This document shows positions 43,464 to 51,729 of a stretch of 53,674 bases of DNA, one piece after another. The stretch is taken from IMG/VR virus record IMGVR_UViG_3300022723_000142, positions 1 to 53,674 of that record; one strand, given 5' to 3'. Position 1 is the stretch's first letter; each line of letters opens with the position of its first letter. A program made the translations under genes and the position numbers. The notes under the pieces were generated by a model. The model was not told the DNA's origin. It saw only the letters and a list, made by a program, of their open reading frames with translations, and searched no databases. Source of the stretch: a virus.

Positions 43464-43774
43464 GGCGCTTCTGCTCCAAACTCTTTTGGATGATTGGCAA
43501 CAAACTTGCCCAGGTCTAACAGATCGCCATAGTCACCACTTGGATCATACTTGACATTGACCGCCAGATTTAGGCCCAACGCCAAGCCGCCGCCATCAAT
43601 AATGTATCGAGCGTTAAGCCAGTATCCTTTTTCGTCGTTATCAAGCTGCGATAAAGAAGGGATGCCGTGATGTGCAGCATGGACGTCAATTTGCTGCCGG
43701 ATGTCAGCTTTCTGCGCGTCGACCTTGCGGCGTAGAAAAGTGCGAGCCAGCCAACTAACAGGAATTTCAATCAT
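43460..43774 (-). CDS. Hypothetical protein, first gene of the leftward tail operon
   Basis: 104-aa ORF with ATGA-type overlap with the next gene. Confidence 0.4.
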   Translation of the reverse strand: MIEIPVSWLARTFLRRKVDAQKADIRQQIDVHAAHHGIPSLSQLDNDEKGYWLNARYIIDGGGLALGLNLAVNVKYDPSGDYGDLLDLGKFVANHPKEFGAEAP

Positions 43775-43785
43775 GGGGAGAACTG

Positions 43786-44166
43786 TTGGGTTTTCTCTAT
43801 TCTACTCAACGAGTGTGGGATAGAATGAGGGAGATCGCCATTGTGAGGTTCTCCATGCCAACAGACATGCTTGTTCAGTTTGCGATCGACAAAGCCAGTA
43901 GCGCAGGGATTGAAGTGATCATTGCAGCGGTGTTGCTGTATTTAGTGAATCGCCGCATCGATACATTTGTAGGCCTATATGCTGATATCAAAACCAAAAT
44001 TGAGGCGGTTTTGGCAATGGTTGCCAATGCTCAGGGCTATGTTGATGATATTACGACCAGGGTAGAGACGTTCGCTATCGACATTGAGAAAGCGTTGGAT
44101 GATGGTAGGATTGACCAAGAGGAAGCCAGTGTGGTTCTGGATATCCTTGGCAAGCTTAAGAAATAG
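43786..44166 (+). CDS. Hypothetical protein with one hydrophobic helix
   Basis: The track start is TTG; the first ATG is at 43825. 'GIEVIIAAVLLYLVNRRI'. Confidence 0.4.
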   Translation: MGFLYSTQRVWDRMREIAIVRFSMPTDMLVQFAIDKASSAGIEVIIAAVLLYLVNRRIDTFVGLYADIKTKIEAVLAMVANAQGYVDDITTRVETFAIDIEKALDDGRIDQEEASVVLDILGKLKK

Positions 44167-44458
44167 CTTTCGTTGCGTCTCCAGCAACGAATCTCCTTAC
44201 CTCTTAGGAATTGAAAGTTACTGTGTGTACAGCAACCGTCCCAAGGGGCGGTTTTTTGTTGTCCGCGTAAAATGGAAGTATGGAAACTGACGACCATTCA
44301 CAGCGCCAAATCGACGCACTGAAAAAAGAGTTGGATCGAGTGCAAGCAAAGTGCGCTGCCGAGCAATAAGAATTGATGCTGGCATGGTATTTGGCAGGCA
44401 TTCATGTGGGCTACCGCAGGGCTTCTATCGCTAGCAGAATTCGCAGAGGTGGCGAGCA

Positions 44459-45208
44459 GTGAAATTAATCAGCAGCATCGTGCTCCGGTTCGGCCCCAAC
44501 ACGCCAACAATCGGCGGTGAATCGATCGAGTTTCGTGTATTCGAGGGTGACCCATTAGAAGCTCCTACTAATGCCAAAGTGTTAGGAGGTGCCCCCGCTG
44601 TTGCCTGGAAGCTTGGCCGCATCCGTACGCTTTGCGATGTGGCGATCGCGGACCCGATGATCTCCGGCATCCACCTATCTCTGATTTTTGACCCAGCATA
44701 TGGGGAGCGCGGTGAACCCGCTTGGTTGATTAGCGACGGGGGCTATTATCCCTGCGACCTGAAACGAAAGGGCGGCGATTTGGTCACGGCTGGATACCGG
44801 CAAAGCAGCGGGGGAACCTGGCTCAATGGCGAACAGCTAGGGGCGGAAACTCAGCACGGGCAACTGCGGCCGACGCTAAAACGTATCTATCCTCAAGACA
44901 GAATCCTGTTGTTCCCATCTGTAAAAATATTGGTTTTTGAGGGATTGCACGAAACAGAATTGCCTTGCGATGTATGGGAGGGAGATTGGCGAGATCATCC
45001 GGTAGGAGAACTCATATCTAGCCGAGTGGCAAACGCGATCGCCGACACCCCTCAGAGAAGCGAGCCCTGGTTTGTTCCCCTCCTTCGAGCGGTGTGGGAC
45101 GGGCCCTATGATGGCGCTCCAAAGTGGGTGCGCGGGCTATGGCGGGTTGGGTTGATTGCGTCTGGAGTGTATCTGGCCCCGTTGATTATTGAATGGTTGG
45201 TGAAATGA
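44459..45208 (+). CDS. FHA-domain protein with C-terminal membrane anchor
   Basis: GTG start 7 nt after GAGGTG. FHA signatures: 'LGR' (GR), 'ISGIHLSL' (SxxH) and 'SSGGTWLNGEQL' (NG). C-terminal 'LWRVGLIASGVYLAPLIIEWLV'. Confidence 0.65.
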   Translation: MKLISSIVLRFGPNTPTIGGESIEFRVFEGDPLEAPTNAKVLGGAPAVAWKLGRIRTLCDVAIADPMISGIHLSLIFDPAYGERGEPAWLISDGGYYPCDLKRKGGDLVTAGYRQSSGGTWLNGEQLGAETQHGQLRPTLKRIYPQDRILLFPSVKILVFEGLHETELPCDVWEGDWRDHPVGELISSRVANAIADTPQRSEPWFVPLLRAVWDGPYDGAPKWVRGLWRVGLIASGVYLAPLIIEWLVK

Positions 45209-45672
45209 TTAAGCCCCAATGGATGAGCTTGCCAGAATGTAACCTTACCGTTGGCAGCGATCGCCCCCTCATCAGCCATCGGCCCTACTTGATTTGCCGG
45301 TTCAAGGATAATTCAGAACAACGGGCTCAGTTTGATGTTGACTACTGGGGCGTCTCCGGCTGGATTCATCGCGGGCAGGGAAAATATATCTGGCATTGTG
45401 GACTGCCCAACAATGACCGCATTTGGATACATGGCGACAATGCCCCCGCCACCGAATCTAAGGTGCTGGTATCGCTGGAGTGCGATCGCTTGTTGACTTA
45501 CGACAATCAAGAGGTCAGGGCCGGGATTTACTTTGGTCGCTGCAAGCCTGTCGTGGGTGGCTACGAATGGCGGTTAAAGGTTTCGCGGGTCAGCCATTCT
45601 TCAGGAAACCCTAGCGAGTACCATCGGGTGTTGTCTCGGTTTGTTCGGTGGTTGCCATTGCCAGGGATTTGA
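45205..45672 (+). CDS. Hypothetical protein, middle gene of the FHA-EAL operon
   Basis: ATGA overlap with the FHA gene stop and TGATG overlap with the EAL gene start. The track lists 45193 as the start. Confidence 0.5.
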   Translation: MIKPQWMSLPECNLTVGSDRPLISHRPYLICRFKDNSEQRAQFDVDYWGVSGWIHRGQGKYIWHCGLPNNDRIWIHGDNAPATESKVLVSLECDRLLTYDNQEVRAGIYFGRCKPVVGGYEWRLKVSRVSHSSGNPSEYHRVLSRFVRWLPLPGI

Positions 45673-46853
45673 TGCTTTCGAAATTGCTAAAAAATACAGC
45701 CTTCGACCAGTGGCAGCATTTGCATGAGGTGCTGGCCAGGCGTGATTTCTACGGCGAGCTTAACGGGGGAAAACATGTTGTCACTTGGGAAGTTGCCTAC
45801 ATTAGAGGCGAGTGGCGGTTCATTTTGTTTGACGAAAACTACGATCTCCTTGTTGGAGAGGGCGTGCTGTTTCCACATCGTGACTGGACAGGAAAGACAC
45901 CATTTGAAATTGATGTTTGGTCCGTTGAGGATGCCATCAAAACCTCATCTCAGTATGTACTATGTCGGGAACAGGGCAGCGAAATTACTTATAGCGAACA
46001 TCTGCAGCTTGGTGGCGAATGGCGACACTGGAAGACGCGCCTAATGCCGGTCCCCAATGGACCTAAACAGGCGTGGAAGCTGATCGGCGTTTCAGAGCGT
46101 ATCGGGAAAATTGAGAGCAACACCCGAAAGGCGCTAGACAACAGCACATTTACGTTCCACTATCAGCCCATCATTAGAGTGTCGGGCAAGTGTAAGGACT
46201 GTCTGCTGTCGCCCGACTTAAATAGCTGCATGAATGACTGCGTTGCCGGGTATGAAGCATTAGCGCGATTCCCAGATGTAGACTATCCGCTGCATGTGGT
46301 GCTTCAGGTCGTTGCCGACATCGATCGCATGACGGAGATAACACGAAAGGCTGCAATGGATGCGGCTGAAAAGCTGGCAACACTGCCACAGTTAGAGGGC
46401 AAGTGGGTTTCCATCAATGTAGCAAGTTGCGATTTTATCCCCGAAATCGCTAGAGCAACCCATCAGTTCGCCATTGAGCCAATGAGACTGGCGATTGAGA
46501 TTACTGAAGACGCTGAAATTGATGACGAACTGATTGGGCGAATCAAAACCGCTCGACTGTTGGGGCACAACGTCGAAGTAGACGATTACGGCAAACCCCG
46601 GGCCAGCCTAGAGCGATTGCTTGGCGTTGGACTGTTCAGCATTATCAAAATTGATCGCGTGTTTATCCAGGGAATTGATGGAGATCACCGCAAACAATCC
46701 ATTGTTCGCAACACCGTCGACTTGTGCAGGGAGCTAAACATTGAGGTTGCTTGCGAGGGCGTCGAAACACGCGAAGAAATGGCAACCGTAATCGAACTGG
46801 GCATTCATTATGTTCAAGGCTATTACACGGGACGGCCCGCACCATTGCAATAA
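45672..46853 (+). CDS. EAL-domain protein (c-di-GMP phosphodiesterase) with unknown N-terminal sensor-like domain
   Basis: 'FHYQPII', 'GYEALARF', 'SINVAS', 'IEITED', 'VEVDDYGKP', 'IKIDRVF', 'ACEGVETREE' and 'VQGYYTGRP' cover the catalytic EAL signature set. The track start is GTG 45648. Confidence 0.8.
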   Translation: MLSKLLKNTAFDQWQHLHEVLARRDFYGELNGGKHVVTWEVAYIRGEWRFILFDENYDLLVGEGVLFPHRDWTGKTPFEIDVWSVEDAIKTSSQYVLCREQGSEITYSEHLQLGGEWRHWKTRLMPVPNGPKQAWKLIGVSERIGKIESNTRKALDNSTFTFHYQPIIRVSGKCKDCLLSPDLNSCMNDCVAGYEALARFPDVDYPLHVVLQVVADIDRMTEITRKAAMDAAEKLATLPQLEGKWVSINVASCDFIPEIARATHQFAIEPMRLAIEITEDAEIDDELIGRIKTARLLGHNVEVDDYGKPRASLERLLGVGLFSIIKIDRVFIQGIDGDHRKQSIVRNTVDLCRELNIEVACEGVETREEMATVIELGIHYVQGYYTGRPAPLQ

Positions 46854-46855
46854 AA

Positions 46856-46873
46856 AGCCCCTCGCGGGGGGCT
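46856..46873. terminator. GC hairpin after the EAL gene
   Basis: AGCCCC..GGGGCT with a preceding A run. Sits between convergent transcription units. Confidence 0.45.
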
Positions 46874-46991
46874 AACGGTTACAGCGCTATCAGGGCGGAG
46901 AAAAAGTCAAGCAACGACAAACCTACACCCAAACATCTCTAGGTCATGTCCTGCACCGACTAACAGCGCCCGTACAGCATCTGCCATGGCG

Positions 46992-47585
46992 CTAGGAACG
47001 TCGGCAGCGTAGAAGCCCGCGCTTGACGCGCTTTCCAGACGACTTCCATCCTTCGGGTTTTTCGCCGTAAACGGGGGTCTCATCCAGGTCTAGCGCCGAA
47101 GCCTTTGATGTATAGCTTTCCTCCTGTTCAATAAACTCAATCCCGCAAAGCTCGCAAAGATGTTGAATGCGTTTTTTGAGCCTGGCGGTCGGTACAGAAA
47201 CAAACTTTTGATTCGTCTTGCGCCCCATCTCAGCGCCCTGCTTTTGCCCCTTGTTCCAGCCAAAAACTAGAGTGCCAATGTGGTTTTCTAGGCAGTAATT
47301 GATGACCGTCCGAGCCGCTTTATTGACTGCATCTCGCATCTGGCGATTACGCTTGCCCGTAATGCGGTCTAGCAGGTTGCACCAAAACCCTTGAGGCTTG
47401 CCCTCTTTAATGTTGGCAACCCGTTTGTTGTACCACTGGTTCAGAGACTTGAGATGCTTGCCGTCAACAATGAATGCGTTTCCTAGACTGTCTGTGCAAG
47501 TCAGCCAGTTATCTAAGCCGGGGTCAATTGAGCAAAAAGATCGGACGGTTCCTTTTACGCTGGCGAATTTCACGACTAAGGACAT
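46992..47585 (-). pseudogene. Truncated, decayed TnpB (RuvC-I/II region only)
   Basis: 'CSIDPGLDNWLT' (RuvC-I) and 'EQEESYTSKAS' (RuvC-II). It lacks the N-terminal ~170 aa, the Zn ribbon and RuvC-III. A +1-frame continuation 'FYAADVPSAMADAV' looks like a degenerate NADVNGA motif. Confidence 0.6.
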
Positions 47586-47970
47586 TTGTTAAAACATCGC
47601 GTTTTAACAAATGGAACGCGATCGCGTGCGCCGCCTTGCCTTGCCCAATAAACCCGTGTTGCAAAACTCGTTTTTCAAACCTGCTACCGGCGCATCCTTC
47701 AAGATATGGCAGTTGGGCATATTCATTGGCAAACCAGCGAACCCACTCGGTTGTCTGCCGAATGCCAGTACCAGTGTCGATATGCAGAATATGAGTGATC
47801 GGGATGTTCAGCGCCTTGGCGGCGTAATATGTGGCGCGGCTGTCGTCTCCGCCACTCATGGCCAGCACCACTGCATAGGGCTGAGGATATTGGGCGATCG
47901 CCTGCTGCCATACTTGGCGACTTGATTCTAATGTCGTCGCTGCCCAGTCTTGATATTCGGATAAGTTCAT
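47524..47970 (-). pseudogene. PAPS-reductase/PP-loop family protein, C-terminally truncated
   Basis: PP-loop 'VVLAMSGGDDSRA'. The 148-aa ORF ends where the TnpB remnant begins (62-nt overlap), short of the usual family length. Confidence 0.5.
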
Positions 47971-48320
47971 GACACCAGCTCCTTCTCGTCGATAGGTAAA
48001 TACTGCATTAACTTAGGTCGCGCCAACCAGAAGGCAAACCGCCCATGTCGGGTGAGCTGCACAAGGTTGTCCTGAGACTCGAACCACTTCGCAGAAAAGC
48101 GATCGGTTGTGAATGGGGTGTTATATCTTTGCTGAGCGCGTATGGCTTCTGGTAGGGTGGCTCCTAAATGCCTGCGAAGGAACCCTAGTACCGCGCCTTT
48201 ATGCCCAACAATGGCGTTGTATCGGTTCGCTTGAAGAGCCGCCGCAGCTCGCCACCGCGCCTCAGTTCGGCTAGTTGGATTGTTCGGAAATCTGCTGTGA
48301 TCAATGAAACCAAGTCCTTT
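47967..48320 (-). other. 117-codon open frame with no canonical start codon (probable coding, frameshifted relative to 48301..48567)
   Basis: My translation runs KGLGFIDHSRFPNNPTSRTEARW...RYNAIVGHKGAVLGFLRRHL...LMQYLPIDEKELVS*. Its stop overlaps the next ATG (ATGA). There is no ATG/GTG/TTG in the first ~95 codons. Confidence 0.4.
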
Positions 48321-48567
48321 CTAATATTTTCGACTGAATAGTAGACTCAATCCCTAATGTTTCCGCCCGATCTCTTAGCGATTGCAAGACGGTTTCAGAA
48401 ATAGCCGATTTGCCATCAATAACGGGGTACAGATGACGGTATTCGATACCACAGTGAGAGCAAAATTCTCCCAATGTTTCTTTTCTCTCCCTTTTAGATA
48501 AAGCCATCAACGCAGATAGCCACGCATGTGCTTCTCCATCTAAGACAACTTTTGCGACCCTGACCAT
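48301..48567 (-). CDS. Hypothetical protein
   Basis: 88-aa ORF downstream of the exonuclease gene. Confidence 0.5.
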   Translation of the reverse strand: MVRVAKVVLDGEAHAWLSALMALSKRERKETLGEFCSHCGIEYRHLYPVIDGKSAISETVLQSLRDRAETLGIESTIQSKILERTWFH

Positions 48568-48569
48568 TT

Positions 48570-49358
48570 CTAAGAAACTCCTATACGAATGGGATTAAAC
48601 GGTAAGTCCGGCAGACTGCGTGCAAACTGTTGAGCCCGTCGCTCGTCAAAACTTTGGGCAGTCTCAATGACGAGCAGGTTTTCAGCAGAAAAGCCTTGCT
48701 CTATCGGGTCAACTATCGGTCTAAATAAATCGATCATTCCCGGATGGCAACCCGGCTGTAAGTTGTCGCCTGCGTCTCCAAAGATATGCTTAAAATGCCA
48801 CACTTCTTCTGGCTGGAACTCAACAACATTGGGCATTTGCCATTTAATCTGCTGGCATTTAGGCAGCTGGGCATATTTGCCCCGTAGCCAACCCCAAACA
48901 TGCACAGGCTCTCTTAACCTAGGTTCGTGCAATGGACTAATCATTGTCACGTTTGGTCCTACCATGCCGCTCCAATCACTATCGGTTGATAGCAAGTAAT
49001 GCTTGCTTCCCGGCAGCATCCGCACAATGGCGGCGGCGATGTCGTCTGCCTCAAATTCTGGGTAGCCTTCTGTCACACATCCTAAGTCTTCTAGTAAATC
49101 CAAAGTTGGGGAGATGTCTAATTTGTGGCTTGTGCGATTAGCCTTATACTCCGGCTCAAATCGCGATCTCCAATAAGGCTTGGAGTCCAGACACCAGATC
49201 GGGGCCAACGGAAAAGCGCTATTCAGGAACAGCCGCTCTTGAATATATAGAATGAGCGCTTTTCGAGCGTCTTGATTATCAAGCATATCGAATCGTTCAA
49301 GGCACCCTTCCAAGAAGTAGGCAATGCAAGAGGCATCGATAATGAGTGTGTTCATCAT
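48570..49358 (-). CDS. 5'-3' exonuclease / flap endonuclease (FEN, PIN-like)
   Basis: 'LIIDASCIAY', 'YKANR', 'PEFEADDIAAAI' and 'LLSTDSDW' match 53EXO/T5 D15-type motifs. Confidence 0.7.
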   Translation of the reverse strand: MMNTLIIDASCIAYFLEGCLERFDMLDNQDARKALILYIQERLFLNSAFPLAPIWCLDSKPYWRSRFEPEYKANRTSHKLDISPTLDLLEDLGCVTEGYPEFEADDIAAAIVRMLPGSKHYLLSTDSDWSGMVGPNVTMISPLHEPRLREPVHVWGWLRGKYAQLPKCQQIKWQMPNVVEFQPEEVWHFKHIFGDAGDNLQPGCHPGMIDLFRPIVDPIEQGFSAENLLVIETAQSFDERRAQQFARSLPDLPFNPIRIGVS

Positions 49359-51652
49359 GCCTCCACCAATGTCTCAGAGATATAAACCTTCTCAAACTTG
49401 CACCACTTCGGATCAGGTTCTAATATCGGGCGGGGTACGATTTGCCCCTTATCATTGCGAAGGGGGTCAATATCATCCCAGAACAGGGCCGCTTGCTCTA
49501 GCGACAATTCGAGCAGCTTGCCCATTGCCAGGTCGAACACTTCTGCTAGTGCATCGGCTTGATCTTCCGCACAAAAATAGGCGATTCTATCATGAATTTC
49601 ACAAGCAAAATGGCAGTCTATTGAACGCTTATCTGCAATGAAATCTATCAGCGCGATAAGTGCATGTTTTTCGTCCACGCCAGCCGATTGGATCGGCCAG
49701 TTGCCCCGTAATGTTACGAAGCTGCGGTCATCCGGTACAAGCCTATAGTTGATTGAGTTAGGGCACTTGACGCCTAACAAGTACGTCCGCAGGTCTGGAA
49801 CAAAGATTTGGTATTTAAGCGCTGCAAATGTGCTTTCCGCAATCCCACCAAAACCTTTAAGGTGATTCATAAAATCGGCAGCTTGCTGGTCAGCTTCGGG
49901 TTTAGTGCATCCTTTGATCAGGGCGATTTGGTTGCTCAAACCGGCCAGCCCGCCCATATATTGCACCATGAAGTTGATGCCTTTGGCGTCGCCCCGGCTA
50001 ATGTCTAATGCCCTAGCGGTCATGTTGTGAACATCAGTTTTATCGGCTTTGCTACCAGACAAAACCGCTTCAGACCATGGACTAGAGTTGTGTTTCCCCG
50101 CCCTGCAATCTGTTAGAGGTTGAACCGCTATCCGGCTTTCCTGGCTCACGAAATCCGCAGACACAATCACCTGTCCGCTCGGTGCCACGATTCGTGACAT
50201 TACTTGAGAGCCGATTTTGTTACCGTCTTTGGGTTTCGGCAGCACTACCCATAACGGGGATGTTGAGCGACGGCTGATTGTTCCACAGGTATTGATACCC
50301 GCCACCGATAACTCAACACCCGATTCAAATGGCTGACGATAGATCGTTTCGTAGCGGCTGCGATATGAAGACCACTGGGTAAGCTGGTCTTTCAGCTCAA
50401 ACAGTTTTAATAAAACATCCTGCGGCAAAATGTCGGAAGTCAATCTGCCAGCGGCCACCATGCCCTTATATTCCTTGCATAGTGGCGTTCCAAGGTTGCC
50501 TTCTCCTGATGGATGTGGCAAAGGCGTATCGCCAAACCACCATTTAGGCTGGCCTTGAGGCATCTTTCGCAAGCTCACGGGTACACCGTCAAATCGGAGT
50601 CGGCAAATATAAGCGGCAACGTTGCCACCCATCGGCCCGCCTTCGAGTTCTTTCACCCATTTAGGCCATCCTTTATTCTGGCCACGGCTATACAACGCCC
50701 AATCGATGTCGGGATAGTTCTGCTCACGTTGCGGGTCATCGAACGCCGTGCGTTTGAGCTTGCCTTGCAGCTTCTCCAGCCGCGCCATCACTGCGTCAAA
50801 TTGGTTTTCACATTCGCCGAGGAACTCTGACCAATCTTGCAAAAAGTACCGGGCTTGTGCAGACCGCAGCATCCCGTACCAGGAAATCGGACTCCTGATA
50901 AATTGGCCGTCAACTTTGGGAAATATCCGCTGGAAGATTAGTGCTGTGCGATAGACATCCTCGCAGCAATATTGATAAAGCGTCTCCGGCTGTACGGTGG
51001 TCGGGTCACTTGTCCAGTCGTCGCGCACCTGCTTCGACATGGCGATGCCGAGATACTTTTCGGATAGAGCTGCCAACCCGACCGGGCCGCAATGTTCATA
51101 CCATTGGGGAACGGGCTTTCCTTCCGATGCCTGCCGCTCAAATCGCTTCCATAGAGTTTGCAGTTCGGATGAGCGCTTGCCATCCTTATCCCCACCCAAG
51201 CCGCCAATGATCGTGGCGAGTTGCATCGTGTCGAAGTGGTATAAATTGGCGGCGTTTTTGCCGTATTCACAAGACAAGTAGCGACGATCATAGGATATGG
51301 AATTTTGGCCGATGACGATGCGGTTACGGGGAAACCGCATGACGCGATCCCCTTTCGCCGCCTGCCACCAAAACCATTTGCCCTCACAGTAAATAGCGCA
51401 GCAGTGCGGTTCCCAATGCCCAGGGGCAACCTCCTTAGCTTCAAAATCCAGCACCGCTAGCGGCCCAATGTCGTCGGCATCGGCTTCTGCCCACTTACCT
51501 CTCCTGCATTCGTAAAGCCCTGGCTCTCTAGGCGGTGGCGATTCTGGGTATTTCAGAACTGTGTGGTCTGTGCAAAACTTCTCTACCCTGCCTAAAACGT
51601 GCTGAATCTTGGGCAATATCGCCGCTTCAAATTTCTCTAGCTTGGTTTCCAT
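49355..51652 (-). CDS. Family A DNA polymerase with 3'-5' exonuclease domain
   Basis: Exo I 'VLDFEA', Exo II 'GQNSISYDRRYL', Exo III 'YCCEDVY'. Pol motif A 'VSADFVSQESRI', motif B 'RGDAKGINFMVQYMGG', motif C 'CEIHDRI'. Confidence 0.8.
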   Translation of the reverse strand: METKLEKFEAAILPKIQHVLGRVEKFCTDHTVLKYPESPPPREPGLYECRRGKWAEADADDIGPLAVLDFEAKEVAPGHWEPHCCAIYCEGKWFWWQAAKGDRVMRFPRNRIVIGQNSISYDRRYLSCEYGKNAANLYHFDTMQLATIIGGLGGDKDGKRSSELQTLWKRFERQASEGKPVPQWYEHCGPVGLAALSEKYLGIAMSKQVRDDWTSDPTTVQPETLYQYCCEDVYRTALIFQRIFPKVDGQFIRSPISWYGMLRSAQARYFLQDWSEFLGECENQFDAVMARLEKLQGKLKRTAFDDPQREQNYPDIDWALYSRGQNKGWPKWVKELEGGPMGGNVAAYICRLRFDGVPVSLRKMPQGQPKWWFGDTPLPHPSGEGNLGTPLCKEYKGMVAAGRLTSDILPQDVLLKLFELKDQLTQWSSYRSRYETIYRQPFESGVELSVAGINTCGTISRRSTSPLWVVLPKPKDGNKIGSQVMSRIVAPSGQVIVSADFVSQESRIAVQPLTDCRAGKHNSSPWSEAVLSGSKADKTDVHNMTARALDISRGDAKGINFMVQYMGGLAGLSNQIALIKGCTKPEADQQAADFMNHLKGFGGIAESTFAALKYQIFVPDLRTYLLGVKCPNSINYRLVPDDRSFVTLRGNWPIQSAGVDEKHALIALIDFIADKRSIDCHFACEIHDRIAYFCAEDQADALAEVFDLAMGKLLELSLEQAALFWDDIDPLRNDKGQIVPRPILEPDPKWCKFEKVYISETLVEA

Positions 51653-51682
51653 ACGCCAATTACTAACCTACCTATTCACTCG

Positions 51683-51707
51683 ATTTGTATTATGATATCA
51701 TACAAAT
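51683..51707 (+). promoter_or_regulatory. TGTATTATG..ATACA palindromic motif (copy 3) in the polymerase/helicase divergent region
   Basis: ATTTGTAT-TATGATATC-ATACAAAT, containing TGaTATCAT (extended -10-like) 29 nt upstream of the helicase ATG. Confidence 0.4.
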
Positions 51708-51729
51708 ATCATTAGATAGGGCAGTATGA

